Part shown: piece after piece, positions 1 to 10,590 of the stretch
Numbering within the stretch: the first letter of the stretch is position 1
Layout: every line of letters starts with the position of its first letter
Sequence record: OZ335961.1
Length of the DNA: 64,000 nucleotides
Reading direction: 5' to 3' (one strand)
Source: a phage
Notes under the pieces: model-generated
Told to the model about the DNA's origin: nothing
The model's input: the letters and a program-made list of their open reading frames with translations, nothing else
The model's database searches: none
Position numbers and translations under genes: made by a program

Positions 1-562
1 GATAACCTTGATTAATTAAATTGAGAAATGCATACATATCTTCGCATAAATCAATTTTTCCATACCCAATTTGTTCTGTTGTAAGTTTCCCAAGGTCATA
101 CCATGTATTCGTGAATCCATATGAATTTTCACGATAATTACCCCAAGATGAAGTAATTTTAAAAATAGGTAAACGAGCATGACCGTGATAATACCCACAA
201 TCCATGGCATCTTCAACGTATTGAATCAATTCATAGAACTGTTCACGAGTTAATTGATTAATTTTATCTACGCAGCGACGATCATCTTTCTTTCGCATTG
301 AACTCATACGAATAGTAGTATCATCATCAATCATCCAAATTCGTTGACCTGCATACATATCAGTAATTGCTTTACGAGTACCAGCAATTCCGTTAACATC
401 ATCAGGAATAGTTATAATTTTAGCTCTAGACCCGTAAGCGTCATAATAAGCTTTTTCTTCGTGTTCACGTACTACAATATGAGGTTCATAATCAGTCGGA
501 AACATGTCAAGGGCAGAAACTGCCCCTACGCGTTGATAGCTTGGAATTACGAATTGAATCAT
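1..562 (-). CDS. Glycosyltransferase (GT-A-like, DxD-type motif IWMIDDD), N-terminal part; gene runs past window start; occupies the beta-gt locus
   Basis: ATG at 562-560 overlaps gene 42 stop (ATGA); frame open to position 1; N-term MIQFVIPSYQRVGAVSALDMF does not match T4 beta-gt (MKIAIINMG...) as recalled. Confidence 0.6.
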   Translation of the reverse strand, partial: MIQFVIPSYQRVGAVSALDMFPTDYEPHIVVREHEEKAYYDAYGSRAKIITIPDDVNGIAGTRKAITDMYAGQRIWMIDDDTTIRMSSMRKKDDRRCVDKINQLTREQFYELIQYVEDAMDCGYYHGHARLPIFKITSSWGNYRENSYGFTNTWYDLGKLTTEQIGYGKIDLCEDMYAFLNLINQGY

Positions 563-1299
563 TTCCATTCACCGTTATAATCTTTTTTCGCAATATGAGT
601 TTCGCCAGTTTTCCACCAATGGTCAACCAAATAAAAATGACGGGAATACACATGAAGGCTCCCGACATTCCATATAATGGAACCTGCTTTATACTGACGA
701 GTTGAATCACCTGCATTCAAATCAGATACTAATTTATCTAGTACGTATTTTTGCCATGCATAATCATTACGGAATCCGAAGACTACGTCATTTGAACGCA
801 TGCTTACTACTGCATTGACTTTCTTATCACGAATCAGGTACTGTACTGTATTCGTACACATGAAATCTGACATACCATCTTTATTGTAGTCAAACTGCAT
901 GGATGGACGAGTATAAATCATGATACCACGCCGAGAATCAGGGTTTTGACCAAGTTCAGCTAAACACATATCATACTGGGCATAGTTATCTTCTGACCAG
1001 ATAGCCCAACCATAATTCGAGTTAATTTCGCCTTTAGAAGATGCTACCTGTTGCCAAATCTTCGGTGTTTCACCCGGAATATCTTTAACAAACAGACTTT
1101 GAGACTTATACCATTCAAGTTCACGTTGAATGTATTCATCATTAAGAGCGCCAAAAATAAAAGGTTCATCTGCTACAAATGATGCACCAATAATTTCAAT
1201 AGTTTTAACACCAGTTTTATCAATTACGAAATCTTTTTCCTTTAATGCAAGACCCAAATCAAGACGGATTTCTTCAACTGTCATATAATCGTTAATCAT
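559..1299 (-). CDS. 42: dCMP hydroxymethylase gp42
   Basis: 246 aa, thymidylate-synthase-like fold, matches T4 gp42 length and gene order. Confidence 0.93.
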   Translation of the reverse strand: MINDYMTVEEIRLDLGLALKEKDFVIDKTGVKTIEIIGASFVADEPFIFGALNDEYIQRELEWYKSQSLFVKDIPGETPKIWQQVASSKGEINSNYGWAIWSEDNYAQYDMCLAELGQNPDSRRGIMIYTRPSMQFDYNKDGMSDFMCTNTVQYLIRDKKVNAVVSMRSNDVVFGFRNDYAWQKYVLDKLVSDLNAGDSTRQYKAGSIIWNVGSLHVYSRHFYLVDHWWKTGETHIAKKDYNGEWK

Positions 1300-1452
1300 T
1301 TAAACCTCAATTGATGCATTCATATTTAACTTGTAACAGTAATAAACCCCAACCTATAATAAGTGTCGGAATCATACAAGGAACCGTTACGCTATAGTAT
1401 ATACTTATTATAATCATCAAAATTAAAAGCAATACTGCTAAAATTTTGCTTT

Positions 1453-1704
1453 TCATTCCTTCTCTCTGATGATAATTACTTGGTTTTGCTGTGCAGATTT
1501 TTTAGTTTCACCCGCAATTGACCAAATAAATGTAATAAACCAACCAATAATTGACCAATTAAACAGTAAAGATGTGAAAAAGATTCCTACTGTCGATTTT
1601 GACCCACGCATCAAGGCGATGAACCACGGAAGCATGTATATAATAATAGCCAACACGCCTGAAACTAAAACCATAAAAATTGAACCTGCTACTAAAGTTT
1701 CCAT
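1453..1704 (-). CDS. imm: Imm superinfection immunity membrane protein
   Basis: 83 aa, two hydrophobic segments, located between 42 and 43 as in T4. Confidence 0.8.
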   Translation of the reverse strand: METLVAGSIFMVLVSGVLAIIIYMLPWFIALMRGSKSTVGIFFTSLLFNWSIIGWFITFIWSIAGETKKSAQQNQVIIIREKE

Positions 1705-1711
1705 GTTTTCC

Positions 1712-2092
1712 TCACTTAGTCAAATTTTTTACACATGAATTATAAGAATTCACTACATACTCCATTGGAGCATTTTTACCAGTACGCCATTGGTAATTAT
1801 TAGCCCAATTAGCCCAAAGTTCGGCGCAGTAGTTTTCAATTTTTTCTTCGCGTGTAATTACATCTGAATTACGATATGCTTGAGCAGATTCATCTGGACG
1901 AATAGCTTCGTCAAAATTCGCCTGCATTTGTTCTACTGTCTGCTTTGGAGCTTCTTTATAACATTTAACATTAGGATTATAAAATTTACTTGAACAGTTT
2001 ACAATTTTTCCTACATCAGACTGATTTACTACCGGTCCTTGAGCTACACAGCCAGTAAGACCCAATGTAATAACCAAAATAGCAATTTTCAT
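1712..2092 (-). CDS. Predicted lipoprotein, unknown function
   Basis: 126 aa; signal peptide with lipobox LTGC (MKIAILVITLGLTGC). Confidence 0.55.
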   Translation of the reverse strand: MKIAILVITLGLTGCVAQGPVVNQSDVGKIVNCSSKFYNPNVKCYKEAPKQTVEQMQANFDEAIRPDESAQAYRNSDVITREEKIENYCAELWANWANNYQWRTGKNAPMEYVVNSYNSCVKNLTK

Positions 2093-2102
2093 AATAATTT
2101 CC

Positions 2103-2360
2103 TCAAATACAAGTAGTAATTACTCCAGTAGTGCTTACACAGGTATTACCTAATTGAACACCAAGCGTTCCATTAGTATTCATATGAAGATTATCATCAA
2201 TTTTTGTTGATACTTTACCATTCATGTGAATAACAGTATTAGATTCAATCACATTCTGAGTGTCATTTTCAATATCAATAAATGGAACAGCTGCTAATGC
2301 AACTAGAACAACTGCTAATGCAACTAAACACGCTGCTAAACAACCATAAACAGTTTTCAT
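2103..2360 (-). CDS. Small secreted/membrane protein, unknown function
   Basis: ATG at 2360 preceded by GGAGA SD; N-terminal hydrophobic Ala/Val/Leu-rich segment; early promoter copy immediately upstream. Confidence 0.5.
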   Translation of the reverse strand: MKTVYGCLAACLVALAVVLVALAAVPFIDIENDTQNVIESNTVIHMNGKVSTKIDDNLHMNTNGTLGVQLGNTCVSTTGVITTCI

Positions 2361-2384
2361 TTTATTCTCCAAATCCGTATCAGT

Positions 2385-2430
2385 TGATAGTTGTATAGTA
2401 CCATGGAAGAACAGAGATGTAAACCGTTTT
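2385..2430 (-). promoter_or_regulatory. T4-type early promoter (-35 GTTTACA, -10 TACTAT preceded by TGG)
   Basis: Member of a dispersed conserved element with sigma70-like boxes on the minus strand. Confidence 0.55.
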
Positions 2431-2541
2431 GTGAAAAAATTTTTAATGAATTTACAGGACCTAGAATCATCTATTTTTCCTAAGTATAGATTTATATTAC
2501 TTGTATGAAAAAGGGACCCGGAGGTCCCTAGATTTATTCTA

Positions 2542-5238
2542 TCAGCCAAACAGGAAGTCTAACGAAGCTTTTTCCTCATAGTCCATACCTGCCGATTCAC
2601 ACATGCCCGCAAGTGGTTTAACAAACGATTTTTGGAACAAAGTTGAGTAGTCAATCCAAGACAGTACGTCAGAACGAATTTCTTTTGGAAGTTCTGTGCC
2701 TGATGGCCAAGCAATGCACTTGTCACCAAATGGATTTCCCTCACGTAACGGAAGAACCATTACCTTATTTCCATCCAAAATTGGAGCTACACCTAAACCG
2801 CTAACAGCTCGACGATAAGTTAGCACACCACGAATATGGAACGGACATTTAAATCCTGGCCAACCTTTATCATCATATTTCGCTATATCGTTCGCAGTTT
2901 TTACTTCAGCAATAACTTTATAGTCAAGTTGACGATATTCTTTCTCAAAGTTCTTGTAGTATTCTTGGACAGACTCTTCACCTTCCTGAAGAATACGACG
3001 AATACTTTCTTCGAGAGCTTCTTGTACTGCTTTTGGTGTTGAACTCTGTTGAGTTTCCATACCCATAATTTTTAGATGCGGTTCGGCAAATCGCTTATCT
3101 TCCATATCATAAACGTTCAGAGCATAACGTTTTTTCGCTTTCCAAAATCCACCGACACCCTTTGAACCAAGCGGAGGGCAAGAAATAGCTTCACGGTCCA
3201 TATGCATCAGATGCTCGCGGTTATTCATATAATCACATAACTCACGATATGCAACATCAATCATAGGTTCCATCTTTTTCTTACCAAACTGATTCATGAA
3301 TTCAACTAAATCATTTTGTTCTTTAAAGCGATCAAGACCTACTTTTTCAATAACTTTATCTACACAAACATATACAGAATCAGTATCACCTGCTGCGATG
3401 AAATCTTCACCATTAGTTCCACATACTTTATTCAGATATTCATTAATTTTGCGAGCAATCCACTGAATACCGACTTGACCGAAAATTGTGATAGCAGTAG
3501 CATTTCGCAAATCATAGTAACGGAAATGAATATTACCAAGAGCACCATAAAGACTGTTAATAAGAATTTTACGGTTCAGCTGATTTGTGTTAGCAAGTGT
3601 AGCTGCTTTTTCACATTCTTCGATCAGACTATTAAGAACAGATTCGGTGTAATTCGATAATTCGTTTAAGAAATCATCATTGAACTTAACATATCGTTCA
3701 ACTTCTGGTTTAGTTGAGCAAGACCCTGCACCTTTCATAATAATCTTTTTAATAGCTTCGGCATTCATTTCTTCAGCGAACATTTTCTTTTTCCAATCTT
3801 TACGCTGGAAAAATACTTTAGCGATTTCCTTTGGAATGATACCTTCTTGGTGCTTATCATACATCCATCCATTCGGAGAACAAGAATATTCATCACTTGG
3901 CTTAGGAGCTGTTCCTGCGATATATTCATGAATTGGATGAACTTTAAACTGCCCACGAATAGTCTCAGGACTAATGTTAACCTGACGAATAATGCTAGGA
4001 TACAGAGACGTCAAGTCAAAACTCATAATGTATCGACGAGCAATCGGTTTAGGTTCAAACACAAATGCACCTGGAAAACTCTGTTTAACGTGCGAACCTT
4101 GTTGAGGAATAACCTTATGTTCACCTTTCAGTGAGTTAAAAATAATAGCATCCCAAGTTTTAATAGGACTCATTACACCAGAAAAAGGCATTTTAGCGTA
4201 ATAAGACATACTTAAAACTAGATCGATAAACCCACGAATTTTATCAATTGCTTGAACTGATTCTACGTCAATGATGTTATAACTAATGTATCGTTGATGA
4301 TTAGTCTCACGAAGTTTATTAATAGGACCATCATACGGCAATTTACCTTTTTTGGTTTCATGTTGAGCAACTGATTCCAAAGAGAACGATGGCAAATTAG
4401 TAAATGCGAATTTCTTGTACAAATCTAAATAATCAAGAATAGATACGCCATCAATAGAATAAATTTCTTTGCTACCGTACATATTTTGAATTAGTTTAGA
4501 TTTTACTCGACCGATTGGAGAGAAGCGTTTCATACTACGTTCACCGAGAACCATTTTAACGCGATTCATGATATACGGAACGTCAAATCCCTCAATATTC
4601 CAACCGGTAAAAATAGCAGGTCGTTTCTGTTCCCAGAGATTAATATATTCCATGAGCATATCACGCTCATTATCAAATGGCATATAAATTACTCGGTCAA
4701 GAATTTCTTGAGGAACTTCATCACCACCTTCACAGTCAAGCTTAGCAGCTAACTTTGCATCCCATTTTGATACTGAACCGTACATTGAATTCAACAAATC
4801 AAAGACGTAAAAACGGTCGTCAATTGAATCATAATGAGTGATAGCATCAATTTCATATTCTGCTTTCATTGGGTCAGGAAATTTATCACCAGTAACCTCA
4901 ATGTCACAGTTAGCTACACGAACAAATTTTCGGTCATAAACAATTTCTGAACCATATGTATCACTGATATAAGCGAGTTTAAAATCGTTCATACCGAGAG
5001 CTTCGAGACCGATGTCTTCCATTCGCTTCATCCAGTCTCGCGCATCTTTCATTGATGGAAATTTTTGAGGAGCGCAATTTTTACCATAAATGTCTTTGTA
5101 TTTTGACTCTTCCTTACAATGCCTAAACATAGTCGGAAGATATTCTACTTCACGAGTACGTTCCTTTCCGTTTTCATCAATATAACGTTCAACAATATTA
5201 TTTCCGACTGTTTCGATAGAGATATAAAATTCTTTCAT
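2542..5238 (-). CDS. 43: DNA polymerase gp43 (family B, with 3'-5' exonuclease)
   Basis: 898 aa, near-identical to T4 gp43 as recalled (MKEFYISIETVGNNIVERYID...; DTDS motif). Confidence 0.98.
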   Translation of the reverse strand: MKEFYISIETVGNNIVERYIDENGKERTREVEYLPTMFRHCKEESKYKDIYGKNCAPQKFPSMKDARDWMKRMEDIGLEALGMNDFKLAYISDTYGSEIVYDRKFVRVANCDIEVTGDKFPDPMKAEYEIDAITHYDSIDDRFYVFDLLNSMYGSVSKWDAKLAAKLDCEGGDEVPQEILDRVIYMPFDNERDMLMEYINLWEQKRPAIFTGWNIEGFDVPYIMNRVKMVLGERSMKRFSPIGRVKSKLIQNMYGSKEIYSIDGVSILDYLDLYKKFAFTNLPSFSLESVAQHETKKGKLPYDGPINKLRETNHQRYISYNIIDVESVQAIDKIRGFIDLVLSMSYYAKMPFSGVMSPIKTWDAIIFNSLKGEHKVIPQQGSHVKQSFPGAFVFEPKPIARRYIMSFDLTSLYPSIIRQVNISPETIRGQFKVHPIHEYIAGTAPKPSDEYSCSPNGWMYDKHQEGIIPKEIAKVFFQRKDWKKKMFAEEMNAEAIKKIIMKGAGSCSTKPEVERYVKFNDDFLNELSNYTESVLNSLIEECEKAATLANTNQLNRKILINSLYGALGNIHFRYYDLRNATAITIFGQVGIQWIARKINEYLNKVCGTNGEDFIAAGDTDSVYVCVDKVIEKVGLDRFKEQNDLVEFMNQFGKKKMEPMIDVAYRELCDYMNNREHLMHMDREAISCPPLGSKGVGGFWKAKKRYALNVYDMEDKRFAEPHLKIMGMETQQSSTPKAVQEALEESIRRILQEGEESVQEYYKNFEKEYRQLDYKVIAEVKTANDIAKYDDKGWPGFKCPFHIRGVLTYRRAVSGLGVAPILDGNKVMVLPLREGNPFGDKCIAWPSGTELPKEIRSDVLSWIDYSTLFQKSFVKPLAGMCESAGMDYEEKASLDFLFG

Positions 5239-5239
5239 A

Positions 5240-5316
5240 GATATTCCTTAGTTTATAGCCCGAGTTATTAGGCTCTTGATATATTATACTCCAAATAAGG
5301 GGCCGAAGCCCCTTGC
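5240..5316 (-). promoter_or_regulatory. Gene 43 leader: translational operator region plus C(UUCG)G hairpin (mRNA sense GGGGCUUCGGCCCC)
   Basis: Intercistronic regA-43 region with stable tetraloop hairpin and SD AAGGAA upstream of gene 43 ATG; gp43 autoregulation is established for T4. Confidence 0.5.
5297..5315 (-). other. C(UUCG)G tetraloop hairpin
   Basis: AAGGGGCCGAAGCCCCTT on plus strand; UUCG loop in mRNA sense. Confidence 0.6.
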
Positions 5317-5685
5317 TTAATTACCAATCGTATATTTAGGAACGAGTTTCCATTCATGTTTTTGTTTAAAAGAAATAACTCGGAAGTTATTAGTTAAATC
5401 TTTCATAAAAGTTCTTTGACCAGGAACGATTTCAATCAGTCCCCAATCTTCTAACAGCCACGCAATCGAATCACGGCGAACTTCATCTTCTTCTGTCATT
5501 TCAACCTGACGGCCATCCATACGAAGCATTTCTTTAAAATGAACGATATAGTATAGTCCTTTTTTCTGAAGAATGTGGCAGGACTGATACAGAACTTTAT
5601 CTTTATTATTAGCAATTCCCATACGAGTCAAAGTTTCTTTTACTTTCAGAAAATCTTCAGGTTTTTTAAGAGTAATTTCAATCAT
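5317..5685 (-). CDS. regA: RegA translational repressor
   Basis: 122 aa, matches T4 RegA (MIEITLKKPEDFLK...). Confidence 0.95.
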   Translation of the reverse strand: MIEITLKKPEDFLKVKETLTRMGIANNKDKVLYQSCHILQKKGLYYIVHFKEMLRMDGRQVEMTEEDEVRRDSIAWLLEDWGLIEIVPGQRTFMKDLTNNFRVISFKQKHEWKLVPKYTIGN

Positions 5686-5686
5686 T

Positions 5687-6250
5687 TTACCATTCCAATG
5701 CTAGTTTTTTGAGTTGTTTCTGTTCTTTTACGTTCTTAGTCACTTCTTTCAAAAAATCATCCGTGACTAAACCTTTTAGTTCTTTTAATACTAAAGGAAG
5801 TTTTCCATTTTTAGTAAGAATTGATTTATAGTTAATTGCATCATTTGTATTAACTTGATACCGCTTAGCAAGTAACTTAATAATCAATACTTCGGTAGAA
5901 TCTTCGACCAGTTTTGCCCATTTACCATATCTTTTACCCCGAGGAACAGCAGCCATCAGATAATTAAAATGGGCTTCATCGCTTAAACCTGATCCAATTA
6001 AATTCATAGCATATACAGCTGGCATGCATTCAGGAAATTGTGATAATGCATTCTCAACCATGTATTTTGAATAATCTTTTTGAGCAATAGAGCATTTAGT
6101 TTTATTATTAATAGCTCCAATTATTTCAAAAAATTCATTTTCAGCTTTTTCCTTAAAAGAATCAGCAGCAGATTGGACAGCTGTCCAATCTTTTGAATAC
6201 CAAGCAACTTGATGCTCGTTTAATTGAATATCATCTTCAAATAAGCTCAT
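5687..6250 (-). CDS. 62: Clamp loader subunit gp62
   Basis: 187 aa, matches T4 gp62. Confidence 0.93.
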   Translation of the reverse strand: MSLFEDDIQLNEHQVAWYSKDWTAVQSAADSFKEKAENEFFEIIGAINNKTKCSIAQKDYSKYMVENALSQFPECMPAVYAMNLIGSGLSDEAHFNYLMAAVPRGKRYGKWAKLVEDSTEVLIIKLLAKRYQVNTNDAINYKSILTKNGKLPLVLKELKGLVTDDFLKEVTKNVKEQKQLKKLALEW

Positions 6251-6251
6251 A

Positions 6252-7211
6252 TCACTTCCACTGCATTTCGCATGCCAATTGAATGAAAAGATATGCTAAA
6301 TGTAATTCCGTATTAGCCGCAATTCCATGATACTGGTTATTTTCACCAACAATTTCATACATACGAATAATACTTTGCGGAGTTACGCGTGTATAGATTT
6401 CTTCGGCAAGTTTACCTACGAACCACGAATAATCAGCTGCATATTTTGGCGCTAAAGCTCTGAGCTGTTTAACATCTTTATTTTTGAGAGATTCAAGAAC
6501 ATCATCAATAGCACCACGATCGTTAGTAACCAGTGATAAAATACCAGCATCCAAAACACCTTTAGATGAATAACTATCGAGCTCGCCAATAGTTTTACGA
6601 AAATCAGGAAAATTCTTTTTAACCAAAGCTGCTACAACTTTCATATCAGCTATAGCAATTCCTTCATGCTTACAGATTTCAGTCAATCGACGAATCATCT
6701 GCTTCATCATTTCAATTTTATCTTCATCGGTTGGTTGACCGAATGTAATAACTCGACAGCGTGATTGAAGTGGTTTAATAATACCATCAATATTGTTAGC
6801 AGTAATAATAATACTACAGTTTGAACTATAAGCTTCCATAAATGAACGAAGATGTCGCTGAGACTCTGCTAACCCTGAACGGTCAAATTCATCAATAACG
6901 ATTACTTTTTGACGACCATCAAATGAAGCTGCGCTAGCAAAATTAGTCAAAGGACCACGAACGAAATCAATTTTACAATCTGACCCATTTACAAACATCA
7001 TATCAGCATTTACATCATGACACAATGCTTTTGCTACAGTTGTTTTACCTGTTCCTGGAGAAGGAGAATGAAGAATAATATGTGGAATCTTACCTTTACT
7101 TGTAATAGATTTAAAGGTTTCTTTATCAAAGGCGGGAAGAATACATTCATCGATAGTAGATGGACGATATTTCTGTTCAAGAATGTGTTCTTTTTCATTT
7201 ACAGTAATCAT
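6252..7211 (-). CDS. 44: Clamp loader ATPase gp44
   Basis: Walker A GTGKT; ATG at 7211 (MITVNEKEH) with GAGGA SD; ORF-track start at 7226 is TTG. Confidence 0.95.
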   Translation of the reverse strand: MITVNEKEHILEQKYRPSTIDECILPAFDKETFKSITSKGKIPHIILHSPSPGTGKTTVAKALCHDVNADMMFVNGSDCKIDFVRGPLTNFASAASFDGRQKVIVIDEFDRSGLAESQRHLRSFMEAYSSNCSIIITANNIDGIIKPLQSRCRVITFGQPTDEDKIEMMKQMIRRLTEICKHEGIAIADMKVVAALVKKNFPDFRKTIGELDSYSSKGVLDAGILSLVTNDRGAIDDVLESLKNKDVKQLRALAPKYAADYSWFVGKLAEEIYTRVTPQSIIRMYEIVGENNQYHGIAANTELHLAYLFIQLACEMQWK

Positions 7212-7243
7212 AATTTCCTCATTCAAGTTTTAGTGTAAATTAT

Positions 7244-7262
7244 AAAGGGCCGAAGCCCTTTA
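7244..7262 (-). other. C(UUCG)G tetraloop hairpin between 45 and 44
   Basis: AAAGGGCCGAAGCCCTTT. Confidence 0.6.
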
Positions 7263-7949
7263 TTAAAAATCGTGGGTAGAATCAGCTTCAAGAGCTACTA
7301 CATAATTCGCATGTTCACCTTCAAATTTAGCAGCGCCTTGTTTACCTTTTGCCCAGAGCAGAAGTTTATAATTTCCTGGTTGCATTTTCATATTTGCCAT
7401 ATTGATAATGAAATTAAATGTATTTTCACCATCATAATCACCAAGAGTCAAAGAATATTTAACACGGGTCAAAGCAGAATCTTCTACTTTGTTAAAACCG
7501 TTAATTACGATTTTACCTTCTTTTACTGTGATAGCAATTGTATCAATCTGCAGACCGCGAGATACACGCAACAGCTGTTGAAGGTCTTCAGCTTTAATTT
7601 CGGTAACAACAGATGCTACCGGGAATGGAATTGGTTTATTAGGAGCAACTACTGTACTTGGATCGGCTGCTGGCCAAAAAATTGTTGAACGAGCATCAGC
7701 AATTTTAATATTTCCATCTTCTGACTGGGAAATTTCTGCATCGTCATTAACTAGGGACAGAATACCGAGAAAACCGTTCAAATCGTAAATTGCTACATCA
7801 AAATCAATGGTGTCAGAAATATTTGCTTCCGCATAAGTTGTACCATTAACTGCGCGAGTCATAATAAATTGACCGGATTTAAGCATAATACCAGAGTTAA
7901 TAGTAGCGAAATTTTTAAGCAGAGCAGTAGTATCTTTAGACAGTTTCAT
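7263..7949 (-). CDS. 45: Sliding clamp gp45
   Basis: 228 aa, matches T4 gp45. Confidence 0.95.
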   Translation of the reverse strand: MKLSKDTTALLKNFATINSGIMLKSGQFIMTRAVNGTTYAEANISDTIDFDVAIYDLNGFLGILSLVNDDAEISQSEDGNIKIADARSTIFWPAADPSTVVAPNKPIPFPVASVVTEIKAEDLQQLLRVSRGLQIDTIAITVKEGKIVINGFNKVEDSALTRVKYSLTLGDYDGENTFNFIINMANMKMQPGNYKLLLWAKGKQGAAKFEGEHANYVVALEADSTHDF

Positions 7950-8004
7950 GTAATTTCCTTCAATTCAAATGAGATTTAATTTTATAACTAATTTAATAAA
8001 GCAA

Positions 8005-8394
8005 TTAACGATTAAAATCGGCAGCAATTGTTTCCGCAACAAGTTGAGCAGCAACAATTAGACGTTCATCTGCATTACCGCAATAATCATCTTCAAGGCG
8101 TTCACCACATGAAGTCATAATAAATTTAGCACCAGCATTTAAAGATTCTGTCGTATGTTTGCGCATTAGTTCAATCCATTTATTGCTTACTTCACGATCG
8201 ATAGCTTCATAATACGCATGACGAGCAGGTGCAGATTTAATTTTATTCTGAATAACTTCCATCGCGTTATCAGAAAGAGACAAAACCCATGCTCGACGAA
8301 TTTTATTTTGATTTTGTGGATTTGATTCAGAACGCACGTGTTTTGGCTGAATATCTTTTACATCAACAGTATAATTCACAGTAATTTTAGTCAT
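8005..8394 (-). CDS. rpbA: RNA polymerase binding protein RpbA
   Basis: 129 aa, position between 45 and 46. Confidence 0.75.
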   Translation of the reverse strand: MTKITVNYTVDVKDIQPKHVRSESNPQNQNKIRRAWVLSLSDNAMEVIQNKIKSAPARHAYYEAIDREVSNKWIELMRKHTTESLNAGAKFIMTSCGERLEDDYCGNADERLIVAAQLVAETIAADFNR

Positions 8395-8403
8395 AATACA
8401 CCT

Positions 8404-8592
8404 TTAGTCATAATAATCAGTAACAGTCCAAGCTTCATTTCTGTTGGACATTATTTTCGTATATTCTGCTTTAAATGCATTCTTAAGCATAGATTCAGTA
8501 ACTATATGCTCTTCATTAGAAAAATTATTTCTCAGAATATATCGTTTTATTTCAGGAATAGTTAATAGATGCTGTCCAGTTGAATATTCCAT
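8404..8592 (-). CDS. Hypothetical protein (T4 45.2 position)
   Basis: 62 aa ORF tiled between rpbA and 46. Confidence 0.55.
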   Translation of the reverse strand: MEYSTGQHLLTIPEIKRYILRNNFSNEEHIVTESMLKNAFKAEYTKIMSNRNEAWTVTDYYD

Positions 8593-8647
8593 GTTTTTCC
8601 TCCATAGAGATTATACTCTAATAAATTAAAGCATAATCTCTTATAAA

Positions 8648-10330
8648 TTAAACCATTACAGTAAATCGACCAACTTTCTTCATTTGAAGATGTTGACCGT
8701 ATGCTTGCGGGTCATGGTCTCTATGTGAAATAACAAAAACATTAGTATTTTTTAAACTATCTAAAATAGTTGAAATAGCTTTTACGCCTTCAACATCGGT
8801 TGCTGAATCAAAAACTTCATCAAGAATTAATGTGTTTATTTTAACACCTGAAACTTTTTCGGCAATATCACGCCAAGTAAATAAAAGAGCAATATCAATT
8901 CGTGCTTTTTCGCCTTGACTGAATGAAGCATAACTAAAATCTTCGCGACCACGGGATTTAATTGTCTCATTAAATTCTTCATCTAATGTAAACACATAAT
9001 CCGCTTCCATTATTTTAAGATAATGGTTAATCTGCTTATTAAATAATGGAATGTACTTTTTAATAATAGCACCTTTAATACCAGAATCTTTGAGCATATC
9101 AGTCAAAATTCCTCTGTGGTATTTTTCCATTACTAAATTAGTTTTTGTCTTAACAATTTTATCAAGTTCTTCTTGAAGCAGTGCTATTTCATCAGCATGG
9201 TCAATAAACTCGGATGATGCTTTTTCTATAGCCGCTTTAACTTTTTTAGCTTTATCTACCGTCGTGATTAGAGATTGCTTTTTATTGCGAATATCATTCG
9301 CCAACGTCTGTTGGGTTTTAATATTATCTCGGTATTCATCAACAAGAACTTTTAAATTATCACGATGTGTTGAAAGCTGTTCAAACGAATGCGTGCATTC
9401 AGAAACTTTATCTTTAATTTTAGAAACAACTTTATCACCGGAACTTAATTGTGACAAACAGGTTGGACATAATCCACCTTCGTGATACATATTAATGACT
9501 TTATTATACGAGTCAATTTTTGATTTAATTAAAAATGCTTCTTGACCGATTTTATTAAATGCATCAGTTGGATCTTCATCCAAAACAATATTAACTAATC
9601 TTTCATTAGCTTCTTCTATTTCCGATTTTAACGTTCTAGCTTCTTTTGCCAAATCATCATACATATTCTGCAGACGAGTAAGGTTATCACCAGTTAATTT
9701 TTTCTGGCGTTCAACGTTATCATTATATATTTTAATTTGTTGGATAATACTATCTTTTTTAACATCAAGCACTTGGTTTTGTGAATTTAATTCACGTATT
9801 AGTGCTTTATTAAGCTTATCCATTTCAGCTAATGTTCCTACCTCGAGCAGGTCTTCGACAAGCTTTCTTCTTGCAGGAGTGGATAGGCCCATAAAAGGGG
9901 TATATCCAGCCGTGCCGAGTACGACGATCTGTTTGAAACTGGCATATGACATTCCGATAAGCTGTTCAAATTCTGCTTGGAAATCTTTACTGCTGGCAGA
10001 TTCATTAAGACGTGTACCGTTAACGGTGATTTCGAAAACATTCGGTTTTTGTCCTCTTTTGATATAGTACTTTTTCTCATCATATTCCATCCACAGTTCA
10101 ACTAAAAGTTCTTTCTTATTTGTGCTGTTTATTAATTGACCTTTCTTTACATCGCGGAATGGCTTGCCAAAAAGCCCAAATGTGATGGCTTCTAACATAG
10201 TAGACTTACCACCACCATTTCGCCCAGTAATAAGAGTTTTTTGAACCTTATCTAGTTGAATATCAATAGGATTTCCACCTACTGACATTATATTTTGATA
10301 CCTAACTCGGTTTAGTTTAAAATTCTTCAC
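8648..10330 (-). CDS. 46: Recombination endonuclease subunit gp46 (Rad50/SbcC-like ATPase)
   Basis: 560 aa; Walker A GRNGGGKST, Zn hook CPTC, signature FSQGE, Walker B ILDEVFD. Confidence 0.95.
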   Translation of the reverse strand: MKNFKLNRVRYQNIMSVGGNPIDIQLDKVQKTLITGRNGGGKSTMLEAITFGLFGKPFRDVKKGQLINSTNKKELLVELWMEYDEKKYYIKRGQKPNVFEITVNGTRLNESASSKDFQAEFEQLIGMSYASFKQIVVLGTAGYTPFMGLSTPARRKLVEDLLEVGTLAEMDKLNKALIRELNSQNQVLDVKKDSIIQQIKIYNDNVERQKKLTGDNLTRLQNMYDDLAKEARTLKSEIEEANERLVNIVLDEDPTDAFNKIGQEAFLIKSKIDSYNKVINMYHEGGLCPTCLSQLSSGDKVVSKIKDKVSECTHSFEQLSTHRDNLKVLVDEYRDNIKTQQTLANDIRNKKQSLITTVDKAKKVKAAIEKASSEFIDHADEIALLQEELDKIVKTKTNLVMEKYHRGILTDMLKDSGIKGAIIKKYIPLFNKQINHYLKIMEADYVFTLDEEFNETIKSRGREDFSYASFSQGEKARIDIALLFTWRDIAEKVSGVKINTLILDEVFDSATDVEGVKAISTILDSLKNTNVFVISHRDHDPQAYGQHLQMKKVGRFTVMV

Positions 10331-10590
10331 AAAAGATTCCTTTTAATGTATCTTTTAGACCATTCTATCATATCATCATAATCTAAAAAGTATTCATCAA
10401 ATTCAGCCATGCAAACAACACCTTGCGCTGCTTTTGATGTGATATAAATTATTCCAACATATCTAGAATCTTCTTCGGTGTAATCAATATTTGCTATGAA
10501 TTCATCGTTAATGTCAAATGTCGAAAACTTCACAATATGCATCCTTAATACAAGATACAGCCATATCTTGTAATGATTTAGGTGTGTCAT
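10327..10590 (-). CDS. Hypothetical protein (46.1 position); true start probably internal
   Basis: ORF overlapping stop of upstream ORF; acidic protein. Confidence 0.45.
   Translation of the reverse strand: MTHLNHYKIWLYLVLRMHIVKFSTFDINDEFIANIDYTEEDSRYVGIIYITSKAAQGVVCMAEFDEYFLDYDDMIEWSKRYIKRNLL

Noticed and set aside
1300-1452. 22-codon hydrophobic ORF in the 42-imm intergenic region
   Set aside because: Very short with a weak SD; cannot be distinguished from chance.
3316-4134. Plus-strand ORFs (3316-3660, 3680-3931, 3847-4134) inside gene 43
   Set aside because: Antisense to the well-supported DNA polymerase gene; AT-rich, no SD or promoter context.
7272-7688. 138-aa plus-strand ORF opposite gene 45
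   Set aside because: Antisense to a conserved gene; low-complexity, Phe/Cys-rich translation typical of spurious ORFs.
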